NCBI GenBank assembly: GCA_964016885.1
Contig: OZ024741.1
Coordinates: 206,336,001-206,400,000, forward strand
Reading direction: 5' to 3'
DNA length: 64,000 nt
Source: Eledone cirrhosa
Taxonomy: Eukaryota
Under the pieces are notes generated by a model. The model worked only from the letters and a program-made list of their open reading frames with translations. It was not told where the DNA came from and did not search any database. Each line of letters starts with the position of its first letter. Positions within the stretch are counted from its first letter, which is position 1. Shown here one piece after another: positions 53,645 through 64,000 of the stretch. Both the position numbers and the translations under genes were made by a program.

Positions 53645-55420
53645 TACAATTAACAACAAAGACCGCTTAGAACATAGGTATATCTTTAATTGCTAACAGT
53701 GTTTCGTCCACACTAGAAGTGGGACTCTTCAGAGCATAAAGAGTAAATACATAGTATACAAGCATTGACAAAACCAAAACAGAAGAATATATGTGGGGAT
53801 ACCATAAGTTGGGAGGAGTTTAAAGAGTAAAGTAAAAGGAGTAAAATAAGAAGAGTTAAATAAAAATAAAAATAAAAATAAAAATAAAAATAAAAAAAAT
53901 AAAAAAAAAAATAAAAATAAAAATAAAAAATAAAATAAAAAAAAAATAAAAATAAAAAAAAAATAAAAATAAAAATAATAAAAAAAAAAAAATAAAAAAA
54001 AAATAAAAAAAATAAATAAAAAAAAAAATAAAAAAAAAAATAAAAAAAAATAAAAATAAAAATAAAAATAAAAATAAAAATGAAAAATAAGAAATGTTAT
54101 CACAGTTGGGCAGGGTTCCGTTAACATACAGCTACATACAAGTATACGCATAAGCATGAGCACCCGCATGCACCTACACACAAGCACCCGTATGCAACAC
54201 ATACAGTATACACTAATACAAATAACATATCATAGACGGATGGGCACAAGTTAAGAGATAGAGATAGATAAAAAATAGATAAGAGGTAGATAAAAAATAG
54301 ATAAAAAATAGATAAAAAATAGATAAATAATAGATAAAAAATAGATAAGAAATATATAAAAAATAGATAAAAAATAGATAAAAAATAGATAAAAGATAAA
54401 AAATAAAATAAAATAAAATAAAATAAAGTAAAGTAAAATATACACCAGAAGATAAATAAAACAATACACCAAAAAAAATGGAGTAAAATATACACCATAA
54501 AGGAAGGTGTGGGTAAAGATAAGACTGGCAAGTGCATAAGCTATCAAGCTATGTTCAACAAGTGATATACGTACAACATATAAAATATACAAAAATATAT
54601 ACAAAAATATATATAAAAAATATATATAAAAGAGACGTATATATAAGGATATATATATATATATTTTTTATCTACCTCTTATCTATTTTTTATCTACCTC
54701 TTATCTATTTTTTATCTACCTCTTATCTATTTTTTATCTATCTCTATCTCTTAACTTGTGCCCATCCGTCTATGATATGTTATTTGTATTAGTGTATACT
54801 GTATGTGTTGCATACGGGTGCTTGTGTGTAGGTGCATGCGGGTGCTCATGCTTATGCGTATACTTATATGTAGCTGTATGTTAACGGAACCCTGCCCAAC
54901 TGTAAGTGATAACATTTCTTATTTTTCACTTTTATTTTTATTTTTATTTTTATTTTTTTTATTTTTATTTTTATTTTTATTTTTATTTTTATTTTTATTT
55001 TTATTTATTTTTATTTTTATTTTTATTTTTATTTTTATTTTTATTTTTATTTTTATTTTTTTTTTTATTTTTATTTTTATTTTTATTTTTATTTTTATTT
55101 TTATTTTTATTTTTATTTTACTCTTTTCTTATTTTACTCCTTTTACTTTACTCTTTAAACTCCTCCCAACTTATGGCATCCCCACATATATTCTTCTGTT
55201 TTGGCTTTGTCAATGCTTGCATACTATGTATTTACTCTTTATGCTCTGAAGAGTCCCACTTCTACTAGTGTGGACGAAACACTGTTAGCAATTAAAGATA
55301 TACCTATGTTCTAAGCGCTCTTTGTTGTTAATTGTATTACGGCTCTGTCCTCTGACATTGAGCTAACCATATACTGCCTATTTGATAAGTGGAGTGTAAC
55401 ACACTCCCAATTCTCTCCCT
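53645..55420. mobile_element. Large asymmetric foldback HHR element
   Basis: 53645 to about 54300 inverted against about 54700-55337; HHRs at 53684-53741 (-) and 55237-55297 (+); tail 55338-55420. Confidence 0.9.
55237..55297 (+). ncRNA. Minimal hammerhead ribozyme motif
   Basis: CTTTATGCT-CTGAAGA-GTCC CACT tctact AGTG t GGAC-GAAA-CAcTG-TT-AGCAatTAAAG. Confidence 0.9.
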
Positions 55421-55829
55421 TATATATGTATATATATGTATGTGTGTATATATATAGAGAGAGAGAGAGCGAGAGAGAGAGAGGGAGGGAATGTTAAGAA
55501 GTGTCATACTATATTAGGAAAATAAGAAGACAGTAGAAAATGCTAATAGAATTTTAAAAACAATTTTTAGTACCGGGTTCAGTAAATAAAAATGTTGAAT
55601 TCTTCATGCTACATAAAATATTATAAAAAGTATAGGTGTATATTAATTAGAAGAGAATATTACAGAATATAGTTTACATATACATAAAAATTCACAATTT
55701 CTTTTATCTCTTTCTCTCTCTTCCTTGGTGGTGTGGTGGTAGTAGAAGACTAAATAACAGTTGGGTTATCCCTTGTTACTGTTTGACTGGCTGTTGACTT
55801 CAATGGCATTAGTAGTAGTACAGGGAGGC

Positions 55830-55929
55830 GAAGAAGAAGAAGAAGAAGAAGAAGAAGAAGAAGAAGAAGAAGAAGAAGAAGAAGAAGAAGAAGAAGAAGA
55901 AGAAGAAGAAGAAGAAGAAGAAGAAGAAG
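55830..55929 (+). repeat. (GAA)n microsatellite
   Basis: Direct reading. Confidence 0.95.
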
Positions 55930-56029
55930 GTGTAGTAGTAATAATATGAGTATAGTAAGGAAGGAAGGAAAAGCAGTAGAAGAAGAAGACGGAGAAGGAG
56001 AGCTAGAAGGAGACGACGGGGAGGTATAG

Positions 56030-56601
56030 AGCTTTACAGCAAAACGTTACGGCCCTTTATGGTCTGTGTTCAAATCCCGCCGAGGTTAACTTTGCCTTTC
56101 ATCCTTACGGGGTCGATAAAATAAATTACCAGTAACGTACTGGGTCCATTTAATCGACTTTCCCCTCCCCCAAATCACTGGCCTTGTGCCTATACAAGAA
56201 ATCATTATTATTATTCAGTATCGGTAGAGAGTCGGACGCTATGCTTTCCAGCATAGGTACGTCCCTCTACGGTCTGAGTTCACATCCCGCCGAGATTCAC
56301 TTTGCCTTTCATCCTACGGGGTCGATTAAATAAAGTACCAGTAATGCACTGGGTAATTGATGGCCTTGTGCCTAAAGTAGAAACAATTATTATTATTATT
56401 AAAGGGGCGGTGGATTGGCAGTATCGGTAGAGGGTCTGACACTGCTTTGACGCATAGAGTTACGCCCCTTGCCATTCTGAGTTCAAATCGCGCCAAGGTT
56501 AACTTTGCCTTTCATCCTTACGGGGTCGATAAAATAAAGTACCAGTAATGTACTGGGTATTTGCTGGCCTTGTGCCAAAAGTAGAAACAATTATTATTAT
56601 T
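56030..56601 (+). mobile_element. Three head-to-tail major-family SINEs
   Basis: Units about 56030-56215, 56216-56400 and 56405-56601, each ending in (ATT)n. Confidence 0.9.
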
Positions 56602-56602
56602 A

Positions 56603-58665
56603 CCATTATGCAATTGTCAACAACAGGTGGTGGTTTACCCTGAAAAAGGCTATTAGAGTAGAATCGACAAGGTTTAGCAAAGGAGTAGTGATAGAGGGAA
56701 ATAGAGTAGAGGGAGAGCTAATTAGAAAACTATAAGCGGTGTTTAGGACAGGCATCGCAACCGACGTGCTTGCGGCGAGATTGGCACTCGACCAATTCTT
56801 CAACGCAAAGCATGAAGGATGCGTTGTCAGAGCTAGAGCGCGTGCCCTGAGACACGAGGGGACGAAAGTCGTTCAATGGGCCCGGGTGGTGGAGCGCGAC
56901 ATGGCAAATAATCCACAATACGGTCTTTGCCTGATCAAAATGGGCGCATATTGCTCGAACCCGAGCAGATGTGTGCGGCTTTTCAACAGCACTTTTCTCG
57001 ATTGTTCGGGGGTGGGGGCGGACAGGATCGGAGTATGGACTTCGGTGCATACCCTGACTGACTTAGCTTGGCTCTCAGCGACCGCAGCACAGTGTGGCGA
57101 GAGGCCGATACCACAGGTGAAATACGGGAAGCGATGTCGAACTGCACCAGGGGTAAATCTTCCAGGTGTGGATGGTCAAATCTACGAGCTTCATACTCTC
57201 GGTCTGCCAAGGTTGTCCCCTCTCGTCCCTCTTGTACGCACAGGCTTCTCGAGCCATTACTGCACAAGTTGGAGACCATGAGGTAGGTACCTCGCGAACT
57301 GGGATGCGGAAGATCCGTGTTGGCTTATGCCGACAACGTCACCATGGTGGTGTCGAGCACCAAACACGTCCAGATCCTCGGCACCGCTCTCAAGGAATAC
57401 GAAGCGGTGACAGGAGCAAAGATAAACCAGGAAAAATTGATAGGCTTGCAACTCAGCACATGGAGAGGCAAGTCCATGTCGTCCGACAGCGTCGTGGGGC
57501 ACTGGACGGAGGGACCAGTTAAATTGCTCCGGGTCTGGTTCGGACCGGACCTCCAGGTTGAGAAAAACTGGAGCGAGGTGATGAGCAGGGTGGCTTCTCT
57601 CACCCAGAAATGGGCAGAGAGGAGGCTGTCTCTGAAAGGTCGGGCGGAGGTGGCGAATGCGTACATAGCGTCCGTCATCTGCTACCACCTGACCGTCGTA
57701 CCTTGCCCCCGTCCAACTCTGACCAAAATGGAGTGCCTTCTCTTCCGCCTTTTGTGGAAGGGATGTGCTCCCATGGTGAAAACTCCATCTGCTGTCAGCA
57801 CCCGTTGTGTGGAGGACTGGGCATGCTGTGGCTAATGATGCGCAAACATGCGCTGAGGCTGCGACCTCTCTAGTGCTTCATTGACGGTGAACAGGTGTGG
57901 TCGATATTTACCAGAGACGCTTTTTCCCAGCTCGTCTCCTTGACGGAGCTGCAGTCCTGAATCAGAAAAAGACCGAGAGATAGCGTTTGGAAGCTGGAAT
58001 GTCTCCAGGCGCTCACCGCCCTCTACCAGTTGGGCAATGATATCGGTGGAACATCCACCTTGGCGTTCTATAGAAGGCTAGTGGAGGAGAAGAGTGAAGA
58101 CGTTTTCGGGGAGACCCTGGGCGTCGAAGAGGATCAGCTGTTTGCTCTCTTCAAGAGAACTTTCAGCCCAGGACCTATGGACAATTTCCAGCAATCCCTG
58201 GCCTGGCAGTGCTACCGGGGAGCATTGCCGGTTCGGGATAAGCGCTACAGACAGGGAGGTGCCCTCCGCCGAGCCTGTCCGAGATGCGCGCATGACGATG
58301 AAACCGCATTACACGCACTCGTTCAGTGCCCGAGAATTGGTGACTTGTGGAGCTATGTCGAACAGTTGCTGTTGCGTGTAGGACGGATCCGGTTATCGAC
58401 TGAGTCCATTGTGCAGATAGCTCCGCCATCCTCCTTTAAAGAGGAGGAAGGGCAAGCAGTCTTCATCTGCCTGTTGGCCATGACGAAAGAGATTGTGTGG
58501 TGGACAAGATTGAAAGGGTTGAAAACGGACACTTTCCTCTCCGGCCAATCCTTGATTAACTTTTTCAAGTTTCACTTGAAGAGGAAAATCAGGGAGGAAA
58601 GGCAAGTGCTGTCTTCTAGTAAGTTCATTGAAAGGTGGGTGAAAGTGGCGAATCTGGTCCGAGTA
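56603..58665 (+). mobile_element. Tx1/L1-like LINE ORF2 remnant, frameshifted
   Basis: SVCQGCPLS, LAYADNVT, TGAKINQEK, W..RRLSLKGR and CPRC...ET..HAL..CP zinc knuckle. Confidence 0.85.
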
Positions 58666-60990
58666 ATAACTCTGAGCATGCTTACCGAGATAGTGCTCTT
58701 CTCAATACGTGTGCAGTACCAGTCAAAGCAATTTTTGGCACCTCGTGCAGAGAGGGTAAACCAGGAATCATTCGCAAATATTGTTCTGTTCCTTTCTTGA
58801 TCATTCCCAGTCCTCCCACAATCACTGGTATTGTAACGGCCTTGAGGTGCCACATTTTCTCAATTTCAATAAGCAGATCTTTATATTTTCGTAGCTTGTC
58901 AAATTCTTTTGCCGCGATATTGTGATCACATGGGATGCTCATATCTATCAACAAATTGACCTTGTTATGTTGATCTTTTATAATGATGTCAGGTGTATTG
59001 GCTTTTATGGTCCTGTCAGTATGTACAGGAAAGTCCCAGAGAATTGTTACTTTTTCTCCTTCAGTTACAGCCTCAGGGTGATGATTGTACCACTTGTCTT
59101 CAGCTTTGATTTTGTAATGCCGACATATTACCCAGTGTAGATATTGGCCAACTCTGCCATGTCTATATTTGTATTCTACTGGGGATAAAACTTTACATCC
59201 AGAGACTAAGTGATCCACTGTTTCAACCCCAGCATTCCAGAATCGGCACTTTAGGTTTATTCCGTTTCTCATCACATTGGCCTGGTAATTACGAGTCAAT
59301 AAGCTTTGATCTTGGGCAGCTAAGATGAAGCCTTCACACTCCGCCTTTAGTCCTGAACTACGTAGCCACTGTTGGGTGTGCTTTTGGCAAACGTCAGATT
59401 GTTTGCTGCGGGCCACATATTTGCCATACAGAGGTTTCTGCTCCCAATTTGATGCTAATTGTCCTTGCCCGTTTGCTTTTGCCAGTGATTTTATGTGCCT
59501 AGCAGCATCAGTTGCAACAGTTTCTTAAGTCTGTTCAGCCTGGGTATCAAGCATGAGATCAGTAGCATATTATTTGCTCTCCTTCAAGATAGAATGAAGC
59601 TTCTTACTTCTCTCATACTTTTCAAAATGTTTCAGCATACAGTCGTTAGTTGTTTCAAGGTATTTGGCCAGTCCAATGATGGTGGTCTTGTAAGCAAGTT
59701 CAAATTGGATCAGGCCACGGCCTCCTTGTGTTCTAGGAAGGTAAAGACGATCCACATCTGCTTTTGGGTGGTGCATCCTATTACAGGTCAGTAGCTTACG
59801 GACTTTGGTGTTGATTTTTTTGATTTCACTCATATACCAGTTCAACACACCGAAGCTATAAGTGACAACTGGGACTGCCAAGGAATTTATGGCTAGCACC
59901 TTGTTACGAGCGTTTAGTTCTGATCTCAGAACTGCATGTACTCTCCTGTAACATTCTTTCCTTATCCTCTCTTTCATACTTGCATGCTGTATGCCAGAGC
60001 CCTCATTAATCCCTAAGTATTTATAGATTTGTTCCTGCTCAAGTTCCTTTATGATTGTTTCAGCATCCAATTCAAATGATTCTGAGTTTGAGTTGACAAG
60101 CTTCCCCTTCTTGAAAGTGGCTTTTGCACACTTGTCAAGTCCAATCTCCATCTTGATGTCGTCGCTAAACATGTTTTTATTGTCTGCAAAAGCCTTCTAG
60201 TTCGTCATTATCTTTGCAATATAGCATCAAATCCTCCATATAAAATAGGTGGCTTATTTTGTTGTTGTCAATTCTATAACCGTACTCTGTTCTATTAAGC
60301 TCGGATGTAAGGGGTATTAAAGCTATGCAGAAAAGCAAGGGTGAAAGTGAGTCACCCTGGAATATACCACATTTGATGTTTATATTCCTAGAGCACAGTA
60401 CCGCAGTGGAATGAGACAATTGGAGATTTATGTTCCATAATGACATACTGTGCTTCAGGAAGTTTGAGATCACAGGTGAGATTTTGAAGATGTCCAGTGA
60501 TTTCAGAATCCATGAGTGTGGTATGCTGTCAAAGGCTTTTTTATAATCGATCCATGCAGAACTGAGATTTCTGTGTTTATTATGACAGCTCTCAAGGATC
60601 ATACGATTAATCAAAAGTTGATCTTTGCAGCCATATGAACCTCGTCGGCACCCTTTTTGTTCAATGGGGAAAATATTGTTCTCCCCCCAAAACACGTATG
60701 CTTTTTCCATGAGAATAGTTTATAATTGGTGGACAAGCAGGTTATGGGCCGATAGTTTTTTTTATCTTTGGTTTCGTTGTTTTTTGGTAGAAGGTAGGTA
60801 ATGCCACTTGCTATCCAATCAGGTGTATTTTTTGGATCTTTCATATTTCCATTAAATAGCTTGACCAATATATTGTGAGTGCACGGGAGTGAGGAAAGCC
60901 AGAAATTTGGCACCCTGTCTCTACCAGGAGATTTCCATTTATGAGATTTATGAGATTTATTGAGAGCTGTCCGCTATAAAGATGTCTTAC
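58666..60990 (-). mobile_element. R4/Dong-like LINE (RT + restriction-like endonuclease), frameshifted and 5'-truncated
   Basis: [71 protein letters not shown]. Confidence 0.92.
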
Positions 60991-61077
60991 CACGCCTGTT
61001 CTTCTAAATTTGTGTAGGATTTTTCCAGACGACTAATCCAATCTACATTAGCATTATATGTCTTCTCATTATTATTA

Positions 61078-61218
61078 CGGTCTGAGTTCAAATCCCGCCG
61101 AAGTTAACTTTGCCTTTCATCTTTACGGGGTCGATAAAATAAAGTACCAGTAATGTACTGGGTATTTTGATGGCCTTGTGCCAAAAGTAGAAACAATTAT
61201 TATTATTATTATTATTAC
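61078..61218 (+). mobile_element. 5'-truncated major-family SINE
   Basis: Starts near the B-box; (ATT)n on both sides. Confidence 0.85.
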
Positions 61219-61329
61219 AGTTGCATTTATCTTGCTTTATGTTCATACGAGTTATCACCAAGTCATAACCAGTGACCTCAAGAGACAACAAGGTCCGCCA
61301 TGTTCAAGAAAGAACATACATACACACAC

Positions 61330-64000
61330 ATGCATCTTTAGGTGTTTAGACTTGTGATGCACGTATATTGACAGAATCTTCCTTAGTATATGGGCAGTTC
61401 CCATTCTTTTGATGGGGCAGGTCAAAATGCTTATACATTATCCAATGAATGTATTATGCAGCTCTGTTTTTTGTTGGCAGACACTGATCTTGTGCTGATA
61501 TAATCAGTCCTTCAGTCTCCGATTTCAGTCCAGAGGATGCCAACCACTGATGGGTTAAAGTTTTGTCAACATCAGGATTGTTAGCTCTCCCTGGATATTT
61601 TCCATACATTTTCCATTTTCTAGCCATTTCTTAGCCAGTTTCTGTAGCAGTTCTTTCTTTGCAGTTACTTTTACCTGCTTTGCTTTTTCTGTGTTTTCCA
61701 TTTCAGCAGTAAATGGGACTTCTGAAATTTGTAGTCCATTACTGTATCTTTGTGCATCTTTTGTAATAGAGTATGATCTTTTGATGCTTTCGTGATTCAA
61801 AACGAGTTTGATCATCCAATCATGTGATTCCCTTAGATATGTAGATAATCCAATTGTTGCAGTTTTCAACGCAATATCTAACTGGATTAACCCACGTCGT
61901 CCTTCTTTCCTAGGGAGATATATTCTATCTGTATCTGCCTTAGGGTGATGCATTATGTGCATGGTTAAGAATTTTCTAATTTTTTTTATCGAGCCTACGG
62001 ATCTCTGTGCTTGACCAGTTGATAACATTGTAACTGTAGGTTACTACTGGTATGGCAAGCGTGTTTATGGCATCGATCCTATTCCTTGCATTCAATTCCG
62101 TTCTTAAGATTGCTCTTACTCTGCGGTAACATTCCTTCCTTATCCTTTCCCTCATTGTCGATGGCTTGATTCCGTCTCCTTCAAAAAACCTAGATATTTG
62201 TAAGTTTCCTCTTGATCAAGTTCTCTTATCACATTCCCCCGATCAAGATTAAGGTCTGAACTTTTCAGCAGCTTTCCTCTGGTGAACGTTGCTTTGGCCC
62301 ATTTATCTAGTCCAAACTCCATTTTAATATCATCACTGAACTGCTTCACAGTGGATAATAGCCCTTGCAATTGTTCATCATTTTTTGCAAATAGTTTCAG
62401 GTCATCCATGTAGAACAAGTGATTAATGGTTTTGTCATAGACTTTATATCCATGTTTTGTTTCATTGAGCATTTTACTTAATGGTATAAGCGCGATGCAG
62501 AATAAAAGCGGTGATAAAGAGTCACTCTGAAAATATCCACAATTAATATTAACTTCTCCAGCTTCCAGTGATTTTGTTTCACTATTCAAAAGGAGTATCG
62601 TTTTCCATGTCTTCATACTGTATGACAAGGACCTTCAGACAACGGGAGATATTTTGAAAATCTCTAAACATTTTTCAATCCAACTGTGTGGCAAACTATC
62701 GAATGCTTTTTTATAATCTATCCAAGCAATTGATAGATTTTTGTGTCTATTATGACAATCTTCCAGTATCATTTTGTTAACCAAAAGCTGATCCTTACAG
62801 CCATATGAGCCTCGTTTCCACCCTTTCTGCTCATTGGGAAATAGGTCATTTGTTATCAGGTGGTCATATGTATATTCAGTTAGGACTGATGTTAAAATGT
62901 TATACATTGTGGTCAAGCAAGTTATCGGTCTGTAATTTTTGGGATTGTTTGTCACATCATTCTTCGGAAGCTGGAATGTAATGCCGTTAACTAGCCATGA
63001 TGGTATCTTTTCTGGCTCCTTAACTATTTCATTGTAAAGTTGGGCTAACAGCTCATGAGACTCTGTGAAGGCATTTATCCAAAAATTTGGTATTTTGTCT
63101 TTTCCTGGGGATTTCCAATTGCTGGTTTTTCTAAGAGCCAAACGCAACTGTTCAACTGTTATATTTTACCATATTTGTTCCTCAAGGTGAGCTGTATCTT
63201 TCAATTGCCTGTCTATCCATGGGGCATGTATATTATGAACTTTTTCTTCGGCCCAGATCTTTTCCCAGAATTCTTGCACTTCCTCCTTGGGTGGTATTGA
63301 TTTAGCAGTTATTGTTGACTTACCAATTTTTCTGTAGAAGTTTCTTTGGTCGTTTTTTAACATATTATTGTCCTTATAGAATCTAAATCGTTTTTCAAAG
63401 CGCCTTATACGTGCAGCTTTGGCCGACACTTTTTGCTTGATTATTTCTATCAGTATGTCTATTTCACTTGTTGATTTTATACTGTATTTTCTTTTCAATT
63501 TTCTAAGTTTAGTTTTTTTTAACATGTTCACCTACTTTGTAGTTTGTTAAAATTTCTGTCAGATCGGGGAAGGTTTATTTGGCGATTGATGTTCTCTTGT
63601 TGGAATTCCTTTGTTTTGTCATTTTCACTCCACATAAGTGAGTGGTAACTTTAGCTGATGCATAATAGAGATGATTTAAATCAGTAATGTTTAGTTTGTT
63701 TGTGATGATAATGTTTTTGAGAATTATGTTAGTCTTGTGTTTTATCTGTTGGTTCTGTTTGGAGTTCTGAATCTTAGAGAGGGTGTCTCGTTCCCCCATG
63801 TCAGATTCTTTCATTTTCATCCATTCGATCATAATTACATCCTTCAAGTTGGCAAGTTCATTCTCATTCATTTCTTTATCATTTACGATCTCATTGTTTT
63901 CATTTTGAGTTTCATCTTGAGCATGCACTCCCTCCACTTTTTCGACCCTTTCTTTAATTTGTTCTGTTGTCAGTGATTCCGCCCCAACCCTGGGATTCAA
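61330..64000 (-). mobile_element. Second R4/Dong-like LINE, frameshifted, extending past the window edge
   Basis: [53 protein letters not shown] across ORFs 61555-64000. Confidence 0.92.

Noticed and set aside
55761-55949. Poly-Glu ORF
   Set aside because: Pure (GAA)n repeat with no supporting context.
56030-56601. CRISPR-like or tRNA gene array
   Set aside because: Units are whole SINEs with tRNA-like heads but no cloverleaf or unique spacers.

Overview
AT-rich, microsatellite-laden eukaryotic DNA. The SINE families and (TA)n/(CATA)n density suggest a cephalopod such as Octopus (inference). No host protein-coding gene is recognisable. The window is nearly all transposon debris: Penelope-like elements (a near-intact Neptune-type RT+GIY-YIG copy at 20.3-23.4 kb plus fragments), R4/Dong-type, RTE, Tx1/L1 and HERO-like LINE remnants, a deleted mariner, Helitron derivatives and two tRNA-derived SINE families. 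The main signal is absent from the ORF track. By eye I find about 20 hammerhead ribozyme (HHR) motifs from many unrelated sequence families. They sit in short non-coding units inserted into (TA)n tracts, arranged as foldback inverted repeats and/or circularly permuted partial tandems (retrozyme-like). Seven of these units share a covarying hairpin RCTC-stem-loop-stem-(2-nt bulge)-GAGY downstream of the HHR. In four cases a sister copy stops 4-6 nt before that hairpin, which makes it a candidate recognition or reverse-transcription start signal for a Penelope-type enzyme. A candidate HDV-like fold marks the shared 5' end of a LINE-derived non-autonomous family. All structures were read manually and none were computed.
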